A DNA stretch of 63,866 bases, filler included, from Cercozoa sp. M6MM (Eukaryota; Protista; Endomyxa: Ascetosporea), in assembly GCA_040357565.1 (NCBI GenBank). It is 11 parts of 11 records of this genome, joined end to end, with 100 filler letters (N's around TTAATTAATTAA, not from the genome) between each part and the next. Parts side by side here need not be neighbours in the genome. Positions count along the whole stretch, not along the records: positions 37,711 to 54,933 come from JBDODJ010000267.1; 10 more parts are not named here. One strand, 5' to 3'. Position numbers and translations under genes: made by a program. Every line of letters starts with the position of its first letter. Positions within the stretch are counted from its first letter, which is position 1. The notes below the pieces were generated by a model. The model ran no database searches, was not told where the DNA came from, and saw only the letters and a program-made list of their open reading frames with translations. This document shows positions 39,495 to 51,057 of this stretch, piece after piece.

Positions 39495-40187
39495 ATGGCT
39501 GGTACACTCCCCGATGATTTGCGTGAGAGTGCAATTTGATGCACGCTCGATTTTTGCCGTTTCGGGGGTATTTTGTTTGTCGTGCTGTGCCCTGGCATGC
39601 TCTCGCAGTGTTGTGACCAGCATCCACGTGAGAGTTGCCTGAGTGTGTGCGCAAAGCGATGGCTGCGCTGTGGCCCGCTAGTGACCTGGACCGAATCGCC
39701 CCGGAACAGGGATGAATCTAGCTCCGCGTGTTCTCGGCTTGAGCTGAGTTCGCGTGCGACGTGGCCCGGCGCTTAGCCCCAAGATCACACAAGCCCTGTT
39801 GTGGGCCCTGTGTTGGTTTGTACTGTTTGTGGGCGATTGTGCACAGCTTCGAAGGCTAAGGTCGCCGCCAAGGCGCAGAAGAACGGCTCGTTCGCCAAGA
39901 AGGCCAAGAAGGTGCGCACGAACGTGACGTTCCACGCCACCAAGACGCTCAAGCTGCAGCGCAAGCCGCTTTACGAGCGCAAGCCGGTCGCCCAGCGCAC
40001 CAAGTTCGACAAGTTCGCTGTCGTGCAGTTCCCGGTGGCCACGGACACGGCCATGAAGAAGATCGAGGACAACAACACGCTGACGTTCATCGTCGACGTG
40101 CGTTCCAACAAGCGTCAGATCAAGCAGGCCATCAAGGAGCTGTACGAGGTCGATGTCGCCAAGGTCAACACGCTGATCCGCCCGGAC
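39495..40187 (+). CDS. RPL23A: 60S ribosomal protein L23a/uL23, exons 1-2; terminal exon not found
   Basis: ATGGCTG/intron/exon 39847-40187: [33 protein letters not shown], then a GTAAGT donor. Confidence 0.95.
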
Positions 40188-40269
40188 GTAAGTTTCGCTT
40201 TTCGATCTGCCTGTTGGGTTTGGCGTTTCGGGCTGCTTCTGCCTTTGGCTGCTCGGCTGCTTGGGAGAG

Positions 40270-40380
40270 TGTTTCTGGGGATGACGACATACCACACAGA
40301 CCTGTTCTGAAACGTGGATGGAATTCAACACTCTGCCGCGGTTGCTGTAGACATGTGATATGCACCACTCTGACCCAACA
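40270..40380 (+). ncRNA. Intronic box C/D snoRNA with two 18S rRNA guides (U25/snR56-like and U32A/snR40-like)
   Basis: C-like ATGACGA at 40281; guide CACAGACCTGTT + D' CTGA (40295-40310); guide ATGCACCAC(T) + D CTGA (40360-40373); flanking stem GGAGAGTGTT..TGGG / CCCAACACTTTTTCC. Confidence 0.85.
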
Positions 40381-40743
40381 CTTTTTCCGAGACACGTTCT
40401 CGAGACCTTGGCAAACAGTGCACTCAAGGCTTTTGTGTGTGATTTGACTTGGTGCGAAATATCTTTATCCTTTGGCTGCTGCTTAGGACGCAACAGATCG
40501 GTTTACTAGGTCGCCAACCTGTGTCTTGTTAGAGTGAAAGCTACAAACTACACTAAAACTATAACTTCCTATGTTACTGTTAGTCGACATCAATTACTCG
40601 GCGTAGAATCATATCATGCCAAAATGAAGCAAGAGCTGGAAACCAAAATAGCCGTGATGTGATTACACATCTATTTATGCCAGTGACTCAGACTCGGGGG
40701 AAATAATCGACTAGCGTAAACCAACGCAAGGAGCAACATTCGG

Positions 40744-41947
40744 CTAACGCCTGCGACTGCGTCGATCGCGGCTTCGACTGCGGTCTCTGTCGCGACTGCG
40801 CTCGCGTCGTCGGCGCCTGTCGCTCCGATCCTCGTGAGACGTGCTTCGGCGCTCTCGGCGACGACTGCGCGAGCGGGAGGACCTTCTCCTGCTGCTGCGC
40901 GAAGACGAAAGCCGCTGGCTCTTGGATTTCGCGCTGGAGGCGTCACTTTGCTCGGAACGCGTGTCACGATCGTCCACCGAGGCGCTGGTGGAAGAGGACT
41001 CGCCTCGGTACTCCTTGGAAAAATCGCGTTTCTCCACAAGCAGTTCATCGCCTGGACGAGCGTGTCGGGGTCGACTGTGCTTCTACAGACACACGCACAT
41101 CCAAGTATGTATCGAATAAATATAGATAGAAGAGAAGCAGCGTGCGTACTTTCTTGCCCTTGTCAAGTTTCTTCTGCAACTCATCGTAGGAGGCACCGAG
41201 TCCGAGTCGGTCCGGCCGCGGCTTGGCCACACTCACGTCGACCTTCTGACGAACGCGTCCGATGCCAGTGTTTGGGTCCTACGCAGTTGAATTGTGAAAG
41301 CAAGCGAAGACTCAAGTTGTGAACGTAAAACACGGCGTACCCAGTTCATGCCAAGAAGCATGGCGCGGCCAAAGTCTTCGACCGGAACACGCTCGTACGT
41401 GTCGTGATCGGGTGCTTCCGGTCTCATTTTGAGCTCATGATGCAGCTTGGCTTCGTCGCTGGCGTAGCGATCAATGCCAGGAACACGGTTGCGCAACAGC
41501 AGCGGCTGCTGCTCGAGTAACTTGCGCGCCTTCTCGAGCTCCTCCGGCGTCGAAGCGACCTTGCTGTCATCACCACCTTGCCCGCCAGCAGCGTGCGACT
41601 CATCCGTGCCATGCAGCAGGGCATTTCGGATTCGGTCGTTGCTTCCATCGGTGCGCCACTGCGTCTGCTTGAGCGGGATCACCAAGTGCTTCTTTTCCTC
41701 GTCTGCATACTCAATGAAATTCAAGTAACACACTTGATCGCTTAAGAAACGCTGAATTAAAACCCAACTGACCAGCATCTGTGCGTCCATCCGCGCGCAT
41801 AGACAAACCACCAACGAGTGTCACCTTTGGTTTGTCGTCCTTCTCGACTTCGAATGCACCGGCAAGCGGCTGAGCCTTCTTTTGCTTCTTCTTGCCGGCT
41901 TTCTTCTTGGAGCCTGTCATTGAGAACGACAGGCCCGAGAACGACAT
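40744..41947 (-). CDS. Spp2/MOS2/GPKOW-like G-patch protein with RS-rich tail
   Basis: LVIP motif; YERVPVEDFGRAMLLGMNW...KPRPDRLGLGA G-patch. Confidence 0.85.
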
Positions 41948-42145
41948 TTTCGGCCTGTCTACACCTATGATACAACCAAGTGGCACACCCGGGGCACAAC
42001 AACAGGTCGTTAGCCGCACTACGCTCGGTTCAGTGGAGCGCTGGTTTGTCTTTATTATTATCTTAATTCGAATAGAACTTTAACCGACTCGGGCGAAAAC
42101 GCAGGGATTTAGAGCTGTTTGACGCTTTAACAGAGTGAGTTCACA

Positions 42146-44014
42146 ATGGCTGACGAGTGGCTGTTGTCTGTGGATGAGGTAGAGGCGTGCGATATCGCGC
42201 GATGGTATCCGCGACTGGAGCACGTGTCGTTTGACACGGTACAAAGTGCAAGTGCTTTGTGTGTAAGTGTATGTCGGAAAGAGGGTCCGCGCAGGAGCTG
42301 CTGCCGCTGGAGAAGGATGTCGTGGCATTTTTGCGTCGCGACGGTGCCGCACTGCCGCGTAGTTGTCGGCAGGACGCGCAGCTGCAGGAGTCGCAACTCG
42401 AGTCGGTCGGGCAGACCATCGAGTGGTCCGACGATGAGGATGCCGACACCGTCGACGACGGTGGTGCTGACACTGATGACTTTGACTGTCCTGAACTGAT
42501 CACGCGTATCAACGAAACCGTCACGCGACTTGGCGGCACCGTGCTGCCGAAACTCAACTGGAGTGCACCTCGGTAGGGCAGTACCTTTACCCCCCCCCCC
42601 CCTCCGCCTCCTTTTTCTTGACTCATGTGTGCAGTGACGCCGTGTGGAACTCGGTCTCGCAGTCGCTTCAGGTATACTCCAGCCTTACCCCTTTACCCAT
42701 TTTAACCCCTTTACTCCCCCCTCCCCCCCCCCCCCATACAGTGCGTGGACGCCAACGACGTATTCGCGATGCTGAAGGCGTCGCGTTTCGCGTCGCATGA
42801 TCTCTTCCGCGCGTACGACTGCTGCTGCCTGGTCGAGCACGATGAGGTCAGTTTTCTGAGATAGTCCTCTTTGTATCTCAGCTGTAGTGTGTAACCTTTG
42901 GTGTTTTGGACAGGACAAGGTGGCCGAAATTGAGACACGTCGACGAGAGGGACCGCGCGGAGGATTCGTTCTCGCGCTGCGTCGCTTTGATCACGACCTA
43001 ACGCACGCGCATGAGGTCAGTCTTCCTGTTTCTGTTTCTGTAGGTGGATGTTTGGGAAAACGCAGTTCCGCTGTTTTGTGGCGGGTCGTCGCTTGCTGCG
43101 CGTGACGCAACGAGACCACCGCACGCGTTTCGACAAGCTGCACGAGGTATTGTGACCACTGGCACTCTGGTCGAGAGTGATCGCACACACTGACTGCGTT
43201 TCGACACACATCCGTGCAGAAAGAAACGCAAGATGCAATCAAGTCAAAGATTCTGTCATTTTTCGAGTCATACTTGCGTGACTTTGACGTGCCTGATTGT
43301 ACTGTTTACCTCCCACCCCCCACCTCTCTTGATATTCCTATACTCCTGCAGTCGTATTCGATGTCGTGCTAGACAAGACGCTGTCTACAGTGACACTGGT
43401 GGACGTGGCGCCCTTCCATCCCAAGACGGACAGTTTCCTGGTGCCGTGGCCGCAACTCCACCGCCTGCGGCGGGAGGCTTCGGTACCCCGACACGAACCC
43501 TCACCCCTCCTTTTATCTCCCCCTCCTTTTATCTCCCCCTACTTTTATCTCCCCCTCCTTTTATCCCCCTTCCTTTTATCTCTCCCTCCTTTTATCTCCC
43601 CCTCCTTTTATCTCCCCTCCCTCCTCGTACAGGAACAGAAACTGCAGCTCGTGCTGCAGGACGAAACGCACGTCGGTCGCAACGACATGATGCAATACGT
43701 GCTGCCGCAGGAACTGGTCGACGTGTGCAATGCCGACGCGGTTGCTGCCTTTGCTGAGGCGTGTCGCCAGGGACACTTTGATGCTGTACACATCTTGTAT
43801 TCTCCTACTTGTTTGCTCTGTTACGATTGGCACACTTGTCCTATGCAGGGCAACCTGCCGGAACACTTGCTGCGACCCGACTCTCAAGCGGTACCTCACT
43901 GTTTGCGTGCAAGGACAGAAATATGCTTGCTTGAATGATGCGTGTGAGTTGTAGGGAGAGCTGCCAGTGTCGGACGCCAAATTGCGCTCTGCTGATCAGC
44001 TGCGCCGTCTGTAA
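42146..44014 (+). CDS. CDC123: Cell division cycle protein 123 (D123 ATP-grasp, eIF2 assembly factor)
   Basis: CDIARWYP, LGGTVLPKLNWSAP.DAVW, MLKAS, EFRCFV, TQRD, FDV, LVDVAPF. Confidence 0.93.
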
Positions 44015-44266
44015 ACTTAGGGTCGAACCCGCTACTGTCTCCCTTATTTCTATCTATTAGCGTACACTTTAAATAGACTGGCGTGGGTATGCGATCCCTG
44101 CGCTACCACAGCAGCTTTACCACTTTTTCACTGCCGTACTAGTTTGCTTCAGTTTCAGCATGCCGTAGTTTGCTTCTGTTTCAGCCTGCCTTTGTTCGCT
44201 TTGGTTTAGTGAACGTAACGTGCAGTGAAAATACAGCACAATGGTTGAGGTGCTGACCCTTCGGAA

Positions 44267-47200
44267 TCAAAGGCCTCTCGAGGCAGCAAAAGCTAGGGCG
44301 CGCATGCTTTCTTCAACTGTGCGGTATGGAGAAAAATGGAGTCATCAAGACATACAGTAAACTGAACATGCACGCCCGCCGTGAGTGACTAGGTAAATTT
44401 ACCGTGTGTGGTGTGCATGCTACGCGCCATGCGACGTGGTCGTTCTTGCCGCTGGCGATCTTCCTCGTCCCAATTGTCACTCACGTCGTATGCCTGTAGT
44501 ATTGATGCATGTGACTACAGGTACGTACGATGCAAGTACCTTGTGTTCCTCCACGTCGTCTTCAGCGTGTTGCAAACGCTCACGTCGTGCACGACGGTAG
44601 TCCAGTGGTGCTCGGACCTCCTGTATCAACAGCAAGTTTCCTTTAGATACGAGAGTGCAAGTGGCCCACAAAGCACGTCTAACCGGAGGGTGATGCAGTT
44701 CGTGCTGACCGTAGAAAGATTCGCCATCTTTGTCCCAAACCAAAGTCGACCACGACGATCTATGCACAGACAGTGATGGTAGGAAGCGATGATATCGGAT
44801 ATACAGGGTACAACTGGTACCCAACTTCGTCGTACATCTCTGCGCTCTCTTCGCGCCCGTGCTCCGGCCGAGCTCGGCGTCGTCGTCTCAGTTCTTCCAC
44901 CTGCACTCGCTGTGTTTCGTCGACATAGACGTCTTTGTACTGTACTGTGTCACGAATGACGGCATGAGCCGCCCGGACTGGAGCAGGTCTGCGATACTCA
45001 GAGGGTTCCATATTCGTTGGTACTGGTACGCAACTGAACGCACCTGCGTTCGATTGTTTCGCGTACGTGCCACTAACGCATCAGTAGATACTCGTGTCGC
45101 TTGCAGTAAAACTATAGGGCAGATTGTGTGTACACAAAGAGGTCGCAGCGGCGTCAACATCGAGTCGGTGTCAACTTTGTCAAAGTCGATCTCTAAAATA
45201 CAGTGTGCGACAAAACTGGAATTTCGACACGATAAAGGGAGGGTCATCGAAGATACCTTCGGTGCTCTTGGTACGCAACACACGTCGCCACTCGAGCAGC
45301 ATCAACGCTTTGTGCGTCAGCAACAGGCGGTCCCTTTTGATTTCAACCTGGTCTCTGGGTACCTACCGTGCAACTCGCGGTATCGATCAATTGTTGACAT
45401 GAATGGCTTTGTCAATTTACCTTGTTGTTGACGATAATTTCAACGATACGCTGGACACTGACCTCTTCGTCAGGAGTTGTCGCAGTGCTTTCGTCGAGTG
45501 TGCCGTAGCGACGCAAGAAGTCGCAGTGTCGCATACAGTAGCAACTGTTCTCGGCCACACACAGGAAGAGTAACGATGTGAGGTGAAATTTGAAACCTTG
45601 GTACAGTTGGCGCTCTCTGTCATGCAGGTCAAAGCGCCAAAGGCGCAGCTGCGCTTCAAGGTGAGAGACGTCCGCGCGGATGTCAGTAGCAGCGGCGTCG
45701 ACTTCCGCGCGGACGCACACGAACAGGAGAAACGCGCAGCGTCGTATCGCAGCCGCCGTTTCTTCAGTGTGTTGGCTGCGGATGATTCGATACCCCGAGT
45801 GATATGTGGATAATTGTATTTACACATCGACGTACCAAACATGAATTAAAGGGTCGCACTGACGCAGCGCATCGACGTGCACCAACGCATGTGCGCGCAT
45901 CTTGGTGCTTTCGTTGTCGTAGTAGGTCAGCGTCGATCGCAATCTGCAGACAATGATGAAATACGATAATGCATGTCCCAGTTTGCAAGTACCGAGGGTA
46001 GGTCTCGTGCTCGGGAGGCCCGACAATACGGCGATAGAGTCGTTTGCAAAAGCCAAGATTTTCGCTTTCTTCAGATCCGTAGTCGATCCATTCGTGTGTC
46101 TATGCAGGCATGTCAGTACCGACAAAATCTGGACTCATACTTGATGTACGAGTATAATTAAACTTGATCACCAGAACGGCGTCCCACCGTGACTGTGTCA
46201 GTCGTGTGCCATACACTGCACATAAGGATACGATCGAACAGATGCCAGCAAAGGAGGGCCAGTTAAAAGGTGCAAGGTATTACATATCCGAGTGAGTCGG
46301 CAGTTGCTGCGAGAGAAGCACCAAGCTGCGTCTCTGGAGACTACAACATGCGGACACTCAAGTTCCAGAGTGCACAAAATGAGTTCTGGTGGTCTAGTCT
46401 ACCAGTGGAACAGCGAAGCGTCTTTCCAATCTCGAACATATCATAGGTCGACTCAGTGACTTGTGTCAGTGTGTCGCTGCTGTCGCTGACATCGCGACAG
46501 TGCCGAAGATTGACATCTATTTCGCCTTCAACGGTCTGCACAGACAGCCAGTTCTCTACTTGCGTAGAAAGCAGTACATTTTGTTGTGATACAACATGTT
46601 GCGCGAGGTGCTGACTGAGTGTTCGAGCCAGGTTGGAGGTGGACTCCCTTTCTCTGCGCAGAGAAACACAAACAGTGCCTTTTTTGCCGGCCTACAAGAC
46701 TTCGTCTGTAAACTACAGTTTATTTACGCGTAGTACCTAGAAGCCCGTAATGCCAGTCGTCGCATATCTTTGAGCAACCGCGGCCACAGTTTCCTGCATA
46801 TGCCATGTTCGTGTAATACACTCTAGAGCAGTCTGGCAACGGGACTATGTACTACCGTTCTTTGGTCCACTCGTCATTCTCATCTTCAAAACTGTCTCCT
46901 TCAAGGTCGTCTTTTTCCCTACCAGTACATAAACAACTTGGAGTTTTGCTACGGCACTGTAGCATACGACGATAATCAATATTGGTACTGCTTCAAGTAG
47001 CCCTGTCTGCGCGCGTATACTCCCAATGCTGAGGCGCGCAGAGTCTCTGCAACCGCAGCAGCAGCGAAAGCATCCAGGCCGTGGTGACTGCACAACCCTC
47101 AATCCCCCGATACAAACAGTCATAAATCCTTGAGTAATACGGGGGAGATCGTTCGTCCAAGGGAGCACCCGCATTTGGACCAAGTGCAGGCGATGCGACA

Positions 47201-47430
47201 AACAGAACACAGTTAGGATGTTGTGCCATCTTATCCGTCAGCTCAGTTTCATTGTCTCGGCCCTGCGTGCAGTTGAGACATAGGCACAGTGAGGAGAAAT
47301 TGTCCATGAAAACTGATGCTACAAGTGCCCAGGAAATACGATCGACCACGAAGGAGAACACTCGCCAGAGTATGTCATGCAACAAGCTGTCTCTGTTGTC
47401 TTCTGCCTCTTTCGCACTCAGTGCCTGGTG

Positions 47431-47515
<85 letters not shown>

Positions 47516-49352
47516 ATTTACAATGGCTTTAAGTGTCGTGTCGCTAGAGCGTGCCCAGGGCCAGCCTTTCTGATCCACCTCCGCGTGCTCCGTCTCCTCT
47601 TCCACAGGCACGCGCGCGCCTACATCGGCCGTGTCGTAGGTCAACTTGGTCCGAGACACCAGCAACTGTGCCAAGCTGCCGGCCGACACTCCTGCCCGCT
47701 TGAACCGTACGGCCTGGTAGGAACACTGTTGTTCTGAAGGATATTTTACCCAGCAAGTCAGCAGCATTGCGAAGCGGCTCCATGCTCGAAATGGTAGCCT
47801 TCTACTCCGAGTGTCTTTTTACCGTCAAAGTCATAAACAAAGCGTAGGGTACCCCGCGATTCTCGTCAAATTTGACAACTCGGAGAAAGAGTAGCGCGCA
47901 CAGCACCCCGCACAGGTCGGAACACAGGTGTCGCGACACCCCTAGACAACGCAATGCCGACTCAGCCGCGGCACATCTGCACCGACCCTTCTTATGATTG
48001 GTGTAGTCTTTCTTGTCACATGAAGCTACTGTACCTACGCTGCAGTGCTTGCACGCTTTGAGTGAAGAAGCGGCGATTCGGCCGGCGTCTCAGCGGCGCA
48101 AAGGAAGCGGCGCGCACACAGGCGCTACGGAGGGCTCCACGAGTGTCGAACTGCAGCAACAGCGTTGTAGTGAAGGGCACCGCATCTCCTCCTAGATACA
48201 TGCACAGTTAATAATGTGAATATTGTTAGGTAAAGCACCAAGAAATGCCATACTAGTACCGTCAAAGGCATTGCGCAGCCATGTCTCCCGGCAACGGTGA
48301 TGGTGGTGTTGTCGATCACCGTTTCTAGTGTTTTTCCCGGGATTTGCGATTCGTCCGGTCGGCACTGAAAACAACTGTCGCAGCACGAACATAGCCATTT
48401 GGAGCTTCACTTGCACGTGCGGTATTGCATCCTCATCAATCGACTGTGCACACCTCGTCGAGTCAGGACAACTGGCTAAGAAACAGCTACCTGTGTGGCA
48501 CACTGTGCGAAGAAGTCTATGACGTGCTCGAGATTGCGATGTGCCGCACCCGAGGCACTGAGAGCAAACGATCGGTGAGCAGGTATTTATGTTTTTTTCA
48601 AGGGACTTTGACATACCTCCCCGACAGCAGCACGCACTGCGGTGCCGAGAAAAGTACGGCGTCGCGGTGTGCACGTGCGCACAGTCCAAACAAGTGCGGC
48701 GGCATTGATGGCCGGTGCTGCGACGATGCATACCGACGCGCCACCGACGGTTCCACACCGTGAGGAACGGTGGTGTCCTCGGCGTCAACACTAGCTTGAT
48801 CAGTGTGAACGTACCGTCCCACATGGGATCTGTCGATCCCGACGGCGACATCGTCAACAATCTCGACTGTCGAAAAGAGACGACGCCTGGCTGCATCAGA
48901 TGCGACCTGCTTGGCCCAGTTATCATACGGTAAGCCTGCTGGTTTTGGTTCTGGGAAGAAAATGACTGTCTTAAAAAAAAAACAAAAGTGTACTTGCACG
49001 TCAAGCGGGAGTTACCTTGCTGGAGTGCCTGCTCTGCGTACTGGTACGTTCCGGGTCGTGGCTCTGGGGGGTACCCAGGTTGTGTCCCTTGCGGGTACCC
49101 GGGCTCCGGCTCTTGTGGGTACGCATATCCAGTTTGTGGCCCTTGCGGGTATCGATCTTGCTCAGCGGAAGGTGCTAGCTGCCGTTGCTGCAGTCGCTCT
49201 GCTTGGTACGTCTGAACCTGCGGGTACTCGTTCGGTGCAGTGTCGCCAGTCGGTGCTGTTTGTGGCTGTCTCGGTAGTGGATATCGCTGCTGCCCGTATC
49301 CTTGCAGCTGTGGTTGTTCCTGACTCCACTGTTGTTGTCCCTGGGACTCCAT
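44267..49352 (-). CDS. Highly divergent, probably catalytically dead myosin-motor-domain protein (ends approximate)
   Basis: Myosin landmarks in order: MPPHLFGLCARAHR, QCVLLSG, LQFDTRGALRSA, LCALLFLRVVKF, LRNAADLLGV, EAEDNRDSLLHDILWRVFSFVVDRIS, QLR, MRHCDFLRRY. Confidence 0.78.
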
Positions 49353-49864
49353 ACTTGCTTGAATCGCTTCTTATATACAGACGACCTTCTTTGAGGATCC
49401 GGGACACCTTTGAATTCAGTGCATTGTTCAGTTTTGCTTGAGGTGCACATGCGAAAGTCCGAACTACCTCCAGCGCGCATACAATATACACGAGAGATTT
49501 CAGTACACCTGAATATGAGTTATTCAGAGTCTAAGTTATTCCTGTTCCTTTTCGTCCGGCTTCGCCTACAGATCCAACTGAACGAACTGGCAGCTGACAG
49601 AACAGCGATGATCGTAGTACAGTATAAATTACTAGTAGTTTCCCTGTAGGCCTGTGTCAGTCCTGGGGGTGAGTCACAACAGCATATCCAACTTCCCTTT
49701 TTTGAAGTTAAGTCGTCGGCGTCGGCCGGCGCCTCGTCTTGCTGTCATTTCTTTCAACACCTAGTTAAACCGAACGAAAACACGCACATAATTCAATTAC
49801 TGAACGTACCGAACAAAAGCTGCCAGTTTGCAAAGTAATCGAATTAAATCAAATCATCTTCGTA

Positions 49865-50616
49865 TCAAATGGCATGCTTGTGCAACACAATTGAAGTTAG
49901 TAGCGAGCACGTCGACGCGCCTTGAGTCGTGACTGGCGTCCGTAGGCACGCGTCCGTCTTCTGTCGTTGTAGTTCCTGCACAGGACACCAAAGTGTAGCC
50001 CCCCACAGAAGGAACAGAGAGCAAAATAGGGAGAAGTACTGGCCGCGCTGCCTGGCCTGGCGGCGACGACGTGCCATTTTCCGACGCATGTGGAAGAGCT
50101 GCTTGCCACTCAGACTGTGCTTCTTCCTGTGTTCCAAAACCAGACGTGTCTTACACAAGAGGAGAGCAGCCAAGTGTTCCCGCAATTCAATGTACTGGTA
50201 GTAGTCGGCAATAGCCTGCTGGAATTTGCTGGCGTCAGAGTTCTCACTGGCTTCGCCGTTGTCTGCACCGCCACACACACCGAGATACGGACCAAACGAG
50301 CTCTAGCTACAGACGCAATACTCTCCTTGAAGTTGCGTGTCATGGCCTTCTCCAACTCAGCTTTTTGTTCCTCACGCACTTGCTGACCCACGACTCGCAA
50401 CTCGGACTGTACAAACACTCAAACACCCATAGAGCACATGGAGGCATCCGCAAGTGGTACCAGCAGCTCGTCCATGCCAAAATCAACACCAGCCTTTAGT
50501 CCAATCGTGTCGAACGACGAGATGAGAGCGTCGATGTCAATGTCCTTTTCGAGATAGGACTCGTCGTCGCCAGCGCCGTTGCTCACTAGACACAGATCCC
50601 CACCATACACCGACAT
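49865..50616 (-). CDS. Hypothetical protein
   Basis: ATG at 50616 and several GT-AG-bounded exons; no motif recognised. Confidence 0.5.
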
Positions 50617-51057
50617 TCGCGCGTTCCTACATTGGGTGTACCCGCGCCCAGCGTGTCTGCTTGTTTTTGAGTGTTATTGGCCTCCATAATACGCCGCATA
50701 TCGGCCGCAAAATCATTCTCAGCCTCACCCCCGCCGAAATCACTCTACGGTACAAAGATGACAGCGCACACTCGGCACAACACCATAAAACAACACACAT
50801 CGTACCAGCGCGGCGAAACGGTTTTTCTGGGGCTCTTCCGACATTAGCGATCACAATTAGTCTATCCTGGTGTCACACGCGCCTCTAAATTCGTCAGATT
50901 GCCTTCAGACGGCGCTCCATCGGCTCATGTGTTTTTCGTCACCAATACTCTTTCCTACGTGCTGCGGCGGTGTGAGTTAGGTGCGAAGTTCCCATCGGCG
51001 TCAATTGGTGCGCCGGCGGGCCATACCGTCCTATTTTTAGTCGGTGGGTGGCAGTCA

